Assembly (NCBI RefSeq): GCF_006345805.1
Contig: NW_021833748.1
Coordinates: 1-64,000, forward strand
From: Octopus sinensis
Lineage: Eukaryota
Direction: 5' to 3'
DNA: 64,000 nucleotides
Below, piece after piece: positions 1-11,550 of this stretch (the stretch's first letter is position 1; each line of letters begins with the position of its first letter). The notes under the pieces were generated by a model that worked only from the letters and a program-made list of their open reading frames with translations, did not search any database and was not told the DNA's origin. The position numbers and the translations under genes were made by a program.

Positions 1-559
1 AACACCAATATTACCAGAGATGAAGGAGGTTCTTGGGTGTCCGCGCACTCTGCTAGATATAATAGTCAGTGTTTGTTTAATCTCACGGGGAAATGTCTTA
101 ATGTCTGATACGGAACTAAATGGAAGGATATGTTAAGTGATATTGAAAGTAGAGGAAGTCTTACTTTTAGATATGTATTTTTTTACCGTCGTAAAGGAGA
201 TGCTTAAAAGTTGGGACGCGTCAGATTATCGTTCATGGTTCTGGTCAGTCAGGCTTGACCTCAGAGACTCTAACATTTACAACAATTGATATATTATCGG
301 CGTCAACAAACAATAACATCACTAACAACAATTAAGAATATGGGGACTAATAACAACAACAATAACAACAACTGTACTATAGCTAACAAGAATAAATATA
401 CCAACAAGAACACTGACACTCTATTGGATAGAAGTAGCCCAATTTCCCTCAAGCAGTGCCCCTAGTTAGGTAATGTGGACCATAGGAATATGGGATGGTC
501 ATAGCTGGAATGCCGTTGACTATAGCTTGCCTAATGCGGAATAACTACAGCAATAATAA

Positions 560-730
560 AAACAATAGCTTCGAATTTTGGCGCAAGGCCAGCAAGTTAC
601 CGAGGGGGGGGATGAGTCGATTACATCTACCCCAGGACTCAACTGGTACTTATTTTATCGACCCCGAAAGGATGAAAGGCAAAGTCGACCTCGGCCGAAT
701 TTGAACTCGGAACATAAGGACGGACGTAAA
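560..730 (-). mobile_element. Degraded SINE family A fragment
   Basis: Contains the family A core in reverse (GACCCCGAAAGGATGAAAGGCAAAGTCGACCTCGG...ATTTGAACTC); followed by a (GAA)n tract at 744-870. Confidence 0.75.
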
Positions 731-879
731 AGCTCGCCGCCTTAAGAAGAAGAAGAAGAAGAAGGTGGAGAAGGTGGAGAAGAAGAAGGAGGAGAAGAAG
801 ATGAATAATAATAATAAGAAGAAGAATAAGAAGAAGAAGATGAAGAAGAAGAAGAGGAAGAAGAAGAATCCTTACTACT

Positions 880-1483
880 ATAGATGCAAGGCCTGATATT
901 TTCGAGGAGGGGACTAGTGGATGACATCGACCCCAGTATTTCACTGGTATTTAATTTATCAGCCTCGAAAGAGTGAGAGGCAAAGTCGACCTCGGCGGTG
1001 TTTCAACTAAGAGCGTAAAGACGGGCGAAATGTTGCTAAGTATTTAGCCAGGTGTGCTAACGATTCCTATTTCTTTACTACCCACAAGGGGCTAAACACA
1101 GGGAGGACAAACAAGGACAGATAAACGGATTAAGTCGATTACATCGACCCCAGCGCGTAACTGGTACTTATTTAATCTACCCCGAAAGGATGAAAGACAA
1201 AGTCGACCTCGGCGGAATTTGAACTCAGAACGTAACGGCAGACGAAATACCTAATTCTTTACTACCCACAAGGGGCTAAACACAGAAGGGGACAAACAAG
1301 GACAGATAAACGGATTAAGTCGATTACATCGACCCCAGCGCGTAACTGGTACTTATTTAATCTACCCCGAAAGGATGAAAGACAAAGTCGACCTCGGCGG
1401 AATTTGAACTCAGAACGTATCGGCAGACAAAATACTGCCAAGCATTTCGCCCGGCGTGCTAACGATTTCGCGAGCTCGCCACC
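880..1483 (-). mobile_element. SINE A dimer (1066-1483) inserted in or next to an older SINE A copy (880-1065)
   Basis: Two ~185-bp units starting TTTCTTTACTACCCACAAGGGG plus one tRNA-like head ending GAGCTCGCCACC; the diverged copy lies to the left. Confidence 0.85.
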
Positions 1484-1839
1484 TGAACGATAATAATAGT
1501 AATAATAATAATAGTGGCGGATATCAACGGGTGATTAAGTAAGACCACTTTCTAAAAGCAGTAAGTATGTGCACATATTCTGAGAACCCAAGAATTTCCT
1601 GTGCATAAATTCATTTTGAGTGGACAGTGTTGCAAAGCACTGGACCGAATTTTTGATTGCAATCAATTAAAAAATTAGTAGTACAACAGAGGCTGAGACG
1701 ATTAGTAACCAACTGCATTACAAGTCGTTTTTTTTTTTATTTTGCATACGAGTGTCCTGGAACGAAAACAATTGCAGCGTGGAAGGTGTTTATAAGCCAT
1801 TGAAGAAACACACAAAAACCGTTAGATTCACTTCAATAA

Positions 1840-2266
1840 GGCGGCGAGCTGGCAGAAACGTCAGCACGCCGGGCGAAATGTGTAGCCATATTTCGTCTGT
1901 CGCTACGTTCTGAGTTCAAATTCCGCCGAGGTCGACTTTGCCTTTCATCCTTTCGGGGTCGATAAATTAAGTACCACTTACGCACTGGGGTCGATGTAAT
2001 CGGCTTAATCTGTTTGTCTGTCCTTGTTTGTCCCCTCTGTGTTTAGCCCCTTGTGGGTAGTAAAGAAATAAAAATGCTTAGCAGTATTGCGTCTGTCGTT
2101 GCGTTCTGAGTTCAAATTCCGCCGAGGTCGACTTTGCCTTTCATCCTTTCGGGGTCAATAAATTAAGTACCAGTTACGCACTGGGATCGATGTAATCGAC
2201 TTAATCCATTTGTCTGTCCTTGTTTGTCCCCTCTATGTTTAGCCCCTTGTGGGCAATAAAGAAACA
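1840..2266 (+). mobile_element. SINE A dimer (tRNA-derived head)
   Basis: A-box-like AGCTGGCAGAA and B-box-like GAGTTCAAATTCC; the second unit lacks ~35 nt of head; 13-bp TSD GTTAGATTCACTT at 1821-1833 and 2267-2279. Confidence 0.9.
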
Positions 2267-2279
2267 GTTAGATTCACTT

Positions 2280-2690
2280 ACTCTTTTTTCTCTTTTACTC
2301 TTTTACTTGTTTCAGTCATTTGACTGCGGCCATGCTGGAGCACCGCCTTTAGTCGAGCAAATCGACCCCGGGACTTATATTTTGTAAGCCCAGTGCTTAT
2401 TCTATCGGTCTCTTTTGCCGAACCGCTAAGTGACGGGTACGTAAACACACCAGCATCGGTTGTCAAGCAATGCTAGGGGGACAAACACAGACACACAAAC
2501 ATATACACACACACTTATATATATATACATATATACGACAGGATTCTTTCAGTTTCCGTCTACCAAATCCACTCACAAGGCATTGGTCGGCCCGGGGCTA
2601 TAGCAGAAGACACTTGCCCAAGATGCCACGCAGTGGGACTGAACCCGGAACCATGTGGTTGGTTAGCAAGCTACTTACCACACAGCCACT
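2280..2690 (-). mobile_element. SINE family B, full length
   Basis: tRNA-like head (GGAGTGGCTGTGTGGTAAG...GGTTCAGTCCC), CTTGGGCAAGTGTCTT core-like motif, internal (TA)/(TG) tract, 3' (TAAAAGAG)n tail. Many near-identical copies occur in the window. Confidence 0.9.
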
Positions 2691-2839
2691 CTTTTAAATT
2701 TAATTTGTCAAAATATTTTCGTCGCTTTGAGACCGCGAATTGTCCACTGACAAAATTCCATGCTGCGTTTCTGAATTTCCATGCAGCACGGAATTTTGTC
2801 AGTGGACAATTCGCGGTCTCAAAGCGACGAAAGTATTTT

Positions 2840-3560
2840 GAGGACGTCGGTTGTTATTTTTGAACGCTCGTGAAATTGTGTAAAAAAAGAAGAAAAAGTA
2901 AGTTGGAAAATTGTTGTTGTTGAATTTTGTTGTACGCTTGTTGATACGGTTTCGTGTTATACTGTTTCTGTTCTGGCGGCCGTTGTCTGTCTGTGTGAGA
3001 CAGACAAGAGGATATGGACGGAGGACGTCGGTTGTTGTTTTTGAACGCTCGTGAAATTGTGTAAAAAAGAAGAAAAAGTAAGTTGGAAAATTGTTGTTGT
3101 TGAATTTTGTTGTACGTTTGTTGATACGGTTTCGTGTTATGCTGTTTCTGTTCTGGCGGTCGTTGTCTGTCTGTGTGAGACAGACAAGAGGATATGGACG
3201 GAGGACGTCGGTTGTTATTTTTGAACGCTCGTGAAATTGTGTAAAAAAGAAGAAAAAGTAAGTTGGAAAATTGTTGTTGTTGAATTTTGTTGTACGTTTG
3301 TTGATACGGTTTCGTGTTATGCTGTTTCTGTTCTGGCGGTCGTTGTCTGTCTGTGTGAGACAGACAAGAGGATATGGACGGAGGACGTCGGTTGTTATTT
3401 TTGAACGCTCGTGAAATTGTGTAAAAAAGAAGAAAAAGTAAGTTGGAAAATTGTTGTTGTTGAATTTTGTTGTACGCTTGTTGATACGGTTTCGTGTTAT
3501 ACTGTTTCTGTTCTGGCGGCCGTTGTCTGTCTGTGTGAGACAGACAAGAGGATATGGACG
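2840..3560 (+). repeat. 4 x 180-bp tandem repeat forming the 5' end of the ORF1-only retroelement
   Basis: Units start GAGGACGTCGG at 2840, 3021, 3201 and 3381. Each ends in GATATGGACG, which contains the ATG that opens the downstream frame in the last copy. Confidence 0.95.
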
Positions 3561-4916
3561 ACCCCTCTCTGATGGAAGAGTCGGAGGAGGAATGGTTGTT
3601 CGAGACCTTGTCGGGGGCACCGACCTCTGAGGACGAGCTGACCGGCGCTGTGAATAATATTAAAACCGGGAAGACGTAGGCGGGAGCTGCAAAAAGGAAG
3701 ACGACGGAGGAAAAGGAGATAAACCTAGAAAAATTGCCAGGTTTTCAAGCTTACATAACTAAAGCAGGTGGGGAGGTAAAACTACTTCCACCAGAGAAAC
3801 GAGAAGAATGGTTTATGAAGAGGATTATAAAATACCGGACATATGGAAAGGATAACAGGAAAGTAGAAATAATAAAAATGGAAGATATTGAGGAGGCGCT
3901 GAGAAGAGAGAAGGAAGAAATCACATTCAGGACAAGAGGAAACGAGTTCGAAACTATAAGGTTGTCCCAAAAGTTCGTAGAAAGTCTTGGAAAATAATGG
4001 TCTTTATTTTGAGGAATAATTTTTGCTGTTTTTGTTAGTACTTGGCGAGAAAATATTCAATTTTCGCAAGTAACTTTTGGGACAACCTAATATAATAGTG
4101 CAGTTCGAAAGTAAAAATATGGCAAGGAAAATGGCAACAAAGACAATAAAAACTGAAAAAGTAATATTGTTACCCTCCTACATGAACCAAAGAATAAATA
4201 GAATAAGAGTTGAAGGGATACCCCCCCCCCACATAGAGGGCGAATGGGTTGTCGCGGCGATTATAAAAGATGGGGAAGAAGAGACGGACATTTTACAAGG
4301 GACCGTAAAAAATGAAGGTTTACGTGGCAAAACGCTAGAAATGAGCGTTCAAGCAGAGGAGGGTGCACTGGAGAAGATGGCGGACAGCATAATTTTAGGG
4401 AATATAGTAAAGAGAGCGTGGGTGGAGGGCAGAGCACCAAGGTGCTATAAGTGTGGCCTGAGGGGGGCCACATAAGAGCCTACTGCCCTCCCCCCCCACA
4501 AAAAGAAACAGTGATCCAGGAAGAGGAGGAGACGGAGCGGAAAAAGTTTGAGGAGGAAGAATCTGAGGAGGAGGAGGAGAAGGAGGCCCAAACTGAGTGG
4601 GAAGACGTAAGGAAAAAAATAAAAAGAAGAAGGAAAGTGAACTTTATCGAACCCCAATCCACCCCAACACCACCCGCACCCTCTGAGCCCCATCCTTCCC
4701 CTGCAAACAAAGATCCCACCCACTCCCCGCCTACAAGAAAACCTAAAAACGCAGACATACAGAGTAAACAAGAGCCCAAGTCCCATTTTTTTATGTTTTG
4801 TAAAAAAGGAAGGCAATGAGAACTCAACAAGAGTCTTTGGTAAAGAAACATGGTATGAGGAAGAAGATGGGATTTACTTGGTGGTGGAAGGTGAAGTAAT
4901 GGACACGGGATTCAAG
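3554..4916 (+). pseudogene. Disrupted ORF1 (gag-like) of an L1/Tx1-type non-LTR retroelement with a CCHC zinc knuckle
   Basis: ATG 3554 (MDDPSLMEES...) is in frame with track ORF 3734-3997 across one TAG. ORF 4077-4475 has RIRVEGIPP. Joining ORFs 4077-4475 and 4451-4819 across the G-run near 4461-4467 gives CYKCGLRG-HIRAYC (CX2CX4HX4C), followed by an acidic/basic tail. Frameshifts fall in homopolymers. Confidence 0.75.
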
Positions 4917-5396
4917 CCTCTTCTCCTTATCTCCTCAAAGACATACAGCATCTCGAAAGAGTCCAGAAGCTGGCTACCCGCATGGTTCATGGTCTCAAAA
5001 ATTTGTCCTATGAAGAAAGGCTGAGGACGCTCGACCTTTATTCTCTAGAAAAACGCCGCCGCCGTGGTGATCTCATTCTCGCCCACAACATCATAAGCGG
5101 AAAGTGTAACCTGTTGAAAGAGCTGTTCTTCACTCCTGCTCCAGAGCGTCGGCTGCGGGGCCATTCCGAAAAGCTCTACCTGCGACGATTTCATCTCAAT
5201 CGAAGGAGAGGAGCTTTCTCTGTCCGGGTTGCGGATCCGTGGAACAAGCTGCCAGACGAGACGGTGAAGATGCCAACGACCGCTCGGTTCAAAGTCTCCC
5301 TTGACAACAAGTGGCCTGAACTCTTTACATAAACACCACCCTGTACTTAACTCCATGTCCCCCTACATGGCCTTGCTATTTGCTTTTGAGCTAAAT

Positions 5397-5439
<43 letters not shown>
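4917..5439 (+). mobile_element. 5'-truncated CR1-group LINE (ORF2 C-terminus, 3' UTR, (CTAA)n tail)
   Basis: SPYLLKDIQHLERVQKLATRMVHGLKNLSYEERLRTLDLYSLEKRRRRGDLI...RGHSEKL...FSVRVADPWNKLP matches the typical CR1 ORF2 C-terminus; stop at 5332; tetranucleotide tail 5395-5439. Confidence 0.9.
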
Positions 5440-5679
5440 GGAAGATGTCTGTAAATGAGGGCGTAAAAGCGATTGAGGTGGAATTTTCGAATGAGAAGAT
5501 AAAAGAGTATGAAAGGATATTTAAGAAAGTGATAAGAAAAGAGGGACTTTTGATTGGAGATGATAGGTGACGAAGGGTTGTGAAGGACAGGTAAGTGGTG
5601 CTGGCGGATGGGGCCGTCAGCATCGCTTTCATATTATCACTATCATTCTAAAAATTCATTCTCCATACTATTAATTATA

Positions 5680-5910
5680 TATTTCTTTACTACCCACAAG
5701 GGGCTAAACACAGAGGAGACAAACAAGGACAGACAAAGGGATTAAGTCGATTACATCGACCCCAGTGCGTAACTGGTACTTAATTTATCGACCCCGGAAG
5801 GATGAACGGCAAAGTCGACCTCGGCGGAATTTGAACTCGGAACGTAACAGCAGACGAAATACGGCAACGCATTTTGTCCGGCGTGCTAACGTTTCTGCCA
5901 ACTCGCCGCC
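5680..5910 (-). mobile_element. SINE A, full length
   Basis: 17-bp TSD CCATACTATTAATTATA at 5663-5679 and 5909-5925. Confidence 0.92.
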
Positions 5911-6134
5911 ATACTATTAATTATAATGTTCTATGTCCCCAATGTCTTGTGGTGTCCCCTCTGTGTCGCCCCTAGTGGGTAATAAAGAAAGAGAAAATAT
6001 TTTGACAAATTAGATTTAAATATTGAAGTGAATCTAACGGTTTTTGTGTGTTTCTTCAATGGCTTATAAACACCTTCCACGCTGCAATACGAGTATATAT
6101 TCTCCTAGAACTAAAACGCCCTTCACTGCCAGAG

Positions 6135-6457
6135 GTTCGTAAGGTAAAGGCAAAGTCGCCGCCGTTCGGTCATGAATGATCAGGGGATTTCACCAAGAAA
6201 ATTACCCACCGAGGCTGTTTATGGAAGACCAGTCATCACCCATGCATACCAACCTCCAGTCTTCTCGCCAACGATGTTGTGCAAGCGAAAGGCAAAGGGG
6301 CCGATACAGCTTGGCACCAGTGACGTCGCAAATAATTTCTACAACTGAGAGAACTGGAGCGATGTGAAATAAAGTGTCTTGCACAGGACCACAACACGTA
6401 GCCTAGTCCGGCTATCGAACTCACTACTTCATGATTGTGGGTTCGACGCTCTAATCA
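6135..6457 (-). mobile_element. Older tRNA-headed SINE of a fourth family
   Basis: The reverse complement shows a B-box-like GAGTTCGATAGCC followed by GTCCTGTGCAAGACACTTTA, resembling the central domains of SINE superfamilies. Single diverged copy. Confidence 0.55.
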
Positions 6458-6680
6458 AGCTTATAGCTGGGACACTAATAGGTGCTACTTTTCCAAAAGC
6501 AGATCAAACGTGGGAATACATGAGTCTACAAAACCATTCCACACTCCACGAAAAGCAGAAGCTCTTGTATCAGGGCCCCACTACCGGATTCATTTTAAAA
6601 TCATACCCAGGACGTAACAATGACAACAACAACAATAATAATAATAATGATACTAATAATAATAATAATAATAATAATAA

Positions 6681-7175
6681 GTTATCATGTACATTGTTTT
6701 GTCTTGGTATAAAAGATGGGCTACAGCAAATATTCTGCTCAATACCACAGATTTGCTTGTCAGTTGTTTGACCTTAACCAGTTGAGCATGTCCCTTAGTG
6801 GCTGACGATATGTGCATCTCTGATCACGAGCAGAAGTAGTGGGGGAGCATCATAGCCATGTGTTGAGAGGGATTCTTTGGGGTTTGAATAATGCACCTCT
6901 GGAAACATGGGTGGTTCTTTCAACATCCTTAAACAACCCTTATTCAGGGACCTTTTGAGCGGGATGGGTTACTCGACCAGAAGAAAATTCTAACTGGGCC
7001 CCACCTGCAAGCTAATGTGCTGTTTATCTTGATATGAGATCACCATGTCGCGCACATATGGTTGTGATGCATGTGCCTGGTGTACCCTTATCAGACGGGT
7101 AGTCATGATGGGTATATTGGGCTTCGTATATTTTACCCCAGTGTCACTTTGATGGCATGAACTGCTCTCTCACTC

Positions 7176-7211
<36 letters not shown>

Positions 7212-7360
7212 TGTCGCGCACATATGGTTGTGATGCATGTGCCTGGTGTACCCTTATCAGACGGGTAGTCATGATGGGTATATTGGGCTTCGTATATTTT
7301 ACCCCAGTGTCACTTTGATGGCATGCACTGCTCTCTCACTCAATAATAATAATAATAATA

Positions 7361-7411
<51 letters not shown>

Positions 7412-7452
7412 GTAATAATAATAATAATAATAATAGAATAATAATAATAATA

Positions 7453-7494
<42 letters not shown>

Positions 7495-7500
7495 GTATTA
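6681..7500 (+). mobile_element. Dispersed ~500-bp repeat (family E) ending in (AAT)n, with a second copy of its last ~130 bp at 7212-7340
   Basis: Near-identical to 32574-33150; older reverse fragments at ~20990-21080 and ~21985-22130. The trinucleotide tail suggests a retroposon 3' end. Confidence 0.75.
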
Positions 7501-7719
7501 ACAGAAAGAGAAACAGCGATAAGAACGGTAAGAGGGTGATAATAAGGGTAAATTGAAATGAAAACATGAATAATGTTGAAAAATGTCAAGGACTATTGTT
7601 AAAATAAGGAGAAGAAGAAGAAGAAGAAGAAGAAGAAGAAGAGAAAGCGACAACAGCAACTATAGGGAGAACAACAATTACAACAGCAACATGGACAAGA
7701 GTGCCTCTGTTCGTTGCTG

Positions 7720-7755
7720 CAACAACACACACACACACACATATATATATATGAA

Positions 7756-7787
<32 letters not shown>

Positions 7788-7850
7788 TATAAATAATTAT
7801 ATATATATATATAATTATATATATATACATATATGTATATATATATATAG

Positions 7851-7933
<83 letters not shown>

Positions 7934-8515
7934 AACATATATGTATATATATATATATTATATAGATATTATATATATATATATATATATATACAATATG
8001 TATATATAATATATATATATATATATATAATATATATATATACATATATGTATATATATATGTGTGTGTGTGTGTGTGTCTGTGTGGTGTACATATACGC
8101 ACACACCGTACATAAAGATAGTTTAAAAAAATATACGTTATGTATATGTGTGTTTATGTGTTTATATGTGTGCGTGCATATATATATTATATACACACAT
8201 TCATACATATATACGTTTATGTATCTCTCTCTCTCTCTCTCTATATATATTATATATATATATATAATAAACCTTTATAAATAAATAACGTTTATAAATA
8301 AATAACGTGAATATATATATATATATATATATATACACAATTCATACATATATAACGTTTATGTATCTCTCTCTCTCTCTATCTCATATATTATAGAATA
8401 TATATATTAAAGAAACCTTTTATAACTAAATAACGTTTATAAATAAATAAACGTGAATATATATCTATATATATATTATATATATATATAGATATATATA
8501 TATATATAGATATAC
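7720..8515. repeat. (CA)n/(TA)n/(TG)n compound microsatellite
   Basis: Read directly; contains a duplicated ~130-bp unit at 8200-8470. Confidence 0.95.
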
Positions 8516-8880
8516 ACCCTAAATACAGTAGAAATGGCAGTGTGTATAACATCCATCAGCTGTAGTAGAAGACGAGACGAAAGCAGTAGCAGCTGCACAA
8601 TATCACAGGTCTTTGATGCAGAACTTCCACAAGATGCAATTGCAAAAGTTCCACAGACTCCTTCTGGCTGTTGTTGTTGTTGTTGCTGTTATTTAACCAC
8701 CGGTCGACAAATAAAGAGCCGTCTACGGCGTTCTACTGAAAGAATCGTGACAGCGATCGGACGGGACGTCACGTGTTACTTGTTTCCTTCCTTCCTCCTC
8801 CTCCTCCTCCTCTCTTAAATACTTCCGTAGCCATTTTGTTTGCTACACTTAAGCCCGAGTCTGGCCTGGCACTGATACCT

Positions 8881-9266
8881 CTTTACTCTTTTACTCTTTT
8901 ACTTGTTTCAGTTATTTGACTGCGGCCATGCTGGAGCACCGCCTTTTTTAGTCGAGCAAATCGACCCCGGGACTTATTCTTTGTAAGCCCAGTACTTATT
9001 CTATCGGTCTCTTTTTGCCGAACCGCTAAGTGACGGGGACGTAAACACACACCAGCATCAGTTGTCAAGCAATGCTAGGGGGCCAAACACAGACACACAA
9101 ACATACACACACATATATATACATATATACGACAGGCTTCTTTCAGTATCCATCTACCAAATTCACTCACAAGGCTTTGGTCGGCCCGAGGCTACAGTAG
9201 AAGACAGTTGCCCAAGGTGCCACGCAGTGACAAACACAGACACACAAACACACACACACATACATA

Positions 9267-9305
<39 letters not shown>

Positions 9306-9472
9306 CATATATATATATACATATACGACAGGCTTCTTTCAGTTTCCGTCTACCAAATCCACTCACAAGGCATTGGTCGGCCCGGGGCTATAGCAGAAGT
9401 CACTTGCCCAAGGTGCCACGCAGTGGGACTGAACCCGGAACCATGAGGTTGGTTAGCAAGCTACTCCTGCGC
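8881..9472 (-). mobile_element. SINE B with an internal partial duplication
   Basis: Segment GACAAACACAGACAC...CCCAAGGTGCCACGCAGTG occurs twice (~9065-9230 and ~9230-9425). Confidence 0.88.
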
Positions 9473-9579
9473 CTATTTTTCTTTTTTTTTTTAATATTTT
9501 CGATTTCCTCGCTATCGATATGAGCAAAAATGTAAACACACATACAAACATATGCACACTCCCACATGTGCGTATATAG

Positions 9580-9962
9580 AAGCACTCCGTCGGTTACGAC
9601 GACGAGTGTTCCGGTTGATCCGAATCAACGGAACAGCCTGCTCGTGAATTAACGTTGTGTAAGTGGCTGAGCACTCCACAGACACGTGTACCCTTAACGT
9701 AGTTCTCGGGGATTCAGCGTGACACAGAGAGAGTGACAAGGCCGGCCTTTGAAATACAAGGTACAACAGAAACAGGAAGAAAGAATGAGAGAAAGTGTGT
9801 GGTGAAAGAGTACAGCAGGGATCACCACCATCCCCTGCCGGAGCCTCGTGGAGCTTTAGGTGTTTTCGCTCAATAAACACTCACAACGCCCGGTGTGGGA
9901 ATCGAAACCGCGATCCTACGACCGCGAGTCCGCTGCCTTAACCACTGGGCCATTGCGCCTCC
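9580..9962 (-). mobile_element. SINE family C (tRNA-derived head)
   Basis: Head GGAGGCGCAATGGCCCAGTGGTTAAGGCAGCGGACTCGCGGTCGTAGGATCGCGGTTTCGATTCCC with A and B boxes; 3' end GTAACCGACGGAGTGCTTC. Confidence 0.9.
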
Positions 9963-10191
9963 ACATGCGTATATATAGGTACGTATGTCATCATCATCAT
10001 CATCATCATCATTTAGTGTCCATCATCCATGCTGGCATGGGCTGGGTAGGTCGGCAGGATCTGGCCAGTGGGTGGACTGCGTCATGCACCGTCTCTCTTC
10101 TTTGGCATGGTTTCTATGGCATGATGCCTTTCCCTATGCCAACCATTTTACGCTGTATTCTGAGTACTTTTATTATTTTCATAACATCTAC

Positions 10192-11550
10192 GGTGGTGAG
10201 CTGGCAGAATTGTTAGTGCGCTGGCCGAAATGCTTAGCGGTATTCCGCCGATCGCTACGTTCTGGGTTCAATTATATGCTGTGGTCGACTTTGCCTCATC
10301 CTTTCGGGGTCGATAAATTAAGTACCAGTTACGCACTGGGGTCGATGTAATCGACTTAATACCTATTCTCTCCTTCCTTTTGTCCCCTCTGTGTTTAGCC
10401 CCTTGTGGTAATAAAGAAATAGGTGTGAGCTGGCAGAATTGTAGTGCGCGCTGGCCGAAATGCTTAGCGGTATTCGCAGATCGCTACTTCTGGTTCAAAT
10501 TATGCTGTGGTCGACTTTGCCTTTAATCCTTTGGGGGTCGATAAATTAAGTACCAGTTACGCACTGGGATCGATGTAATCGACTTAATACCTATGTCTGT
10601 CTTGTTTGTCCCCTCTGTGTTTAGCCCCTTGTGGGTATAAAGAAATAGGTGGTGAGCTGGCAGAATTGTTAGTGCGCTGGCCGAAATGCTTAGCGGTATT
10701 CCGCCGATCGCTACGTTGGGTTCAAATTATGCTGTGGTCGACTTTGCCTTTCATCCTTTCGGGGTCGATAAATTAAGTACCAGTTACGCACTGGGGTCGA
10801 TGTAATCGACTTAATACCTATGTCTGTCCTTGTTTGTCCCCTCTGTGTTTAGCCCCTTGTGGGTAATAAAGAAATAGGTGGTGAGCTGGCAGAATTGTTA
10901 GTGCGCTGGCCGAAATGCTTAGCGGTATTCCGCCGATCGCTACGTTCTGGATTCAAATTATGCTGTGGTCGACTTTGCCTTTCATCCTTTCGGGGTCGAT
11001 AAATTAAGTACCAGTTACGCACTGGGGTCGATGTAATCGACTTAATACCTATGTCTGTCCTTGTTTGTCCCCTCTGTGTTTAGCCCCTTGTGGGTAATAA
11101 AGAAATAGGTGGTGAGCTGGCAGAATTGTTAGTGCGCTGGCCGAAATGCTTAGCGGTATTCCGCAGATCGCTACGTTCTGGGTTCAAATTATGCTGTGGT
11201 CGACTTTGCCTTTCATCCTTTCGGGGTCGATAAATTAAGAACCAGTTACGCACTGGGGTCGATGTAATCGACTTAATACCTATGTCTGTCCTTGTTTGTC
11301 CCCTCTGTGTTTAGCCCCTTGTGGGTAATAAAGAAATAGGTGGTGAGCTGGCAGAATTGTTAGTGCGCTGGCCGAAATGCTTAGCGGTATTCCGCCGGTC
11401 GCTACGTTCTGGGTTCAAATTATGCTGTGGTCGACTTTACCTTTCATCCTTTCGGGGTCGATAAATTAAGTACCAGCTGTGTACAGGAGTCGATCTAATC
11501 GACTGGTCCCCTCCCCCAAAATTTCGTGCCTTTTGCCTAGTGTAGAAAAG
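10192..11550 (+). mobile_element. Head-to-tail array of six SINE A copies (~230-bp period) inside one TSD
   Basis: Heads at 10192, 10422, 10648, 10877, 11108 and 11339; TSD ATTATTTTCATAACATC at 10172-10188 and 11551-11567; the last copy has a different 3' tail. Confidence 0.92.

Larger units (their letters stand above)
2842..5993 (+). mobile_element. Non-autonomous ORF1-only retroelement (5' repeats + ORF1 + 3' tail, no ORF2)
   Basis: Flanked by AAA(G/A)TATTTTGA at 2830-2841 and 5994-6005 (TSD-like), and the MITE arm resumes exactly afterwards. The 3' end has AATAAA at 5981-5986. No endonuclease or RT sequence belonging to it was seen. Confidence 0.7.
1771..6088. mobile_element. Fold-back (palindromic) MITE-like element split into pieces by four nested insertions
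   Basis: Left arm 1771-1836 is the reverse complement of 6023-6088. Inner arms 2693-2767 and 2783-2841 (continuing at 5994-6022) form a near-perfect hairpin around a ~16-nt spacer. Confidence 0.8.

Noticed and set aside
2470-2697. Recurring 60-100-aa ORFs such as MLGGQTQTH...RQASFSFRLPNPLTRHWSARGYSRRHLPK
   Set aside because: They are translations of SINE B, as are the similar recurring ORFs from SINE C; they recur only because the SINE recurs.
2799-3620. 273-aa minus-strand ORF
   Set aside because: Antisense translation of the 4 x 180-bp repeat, with no independent coding signal.
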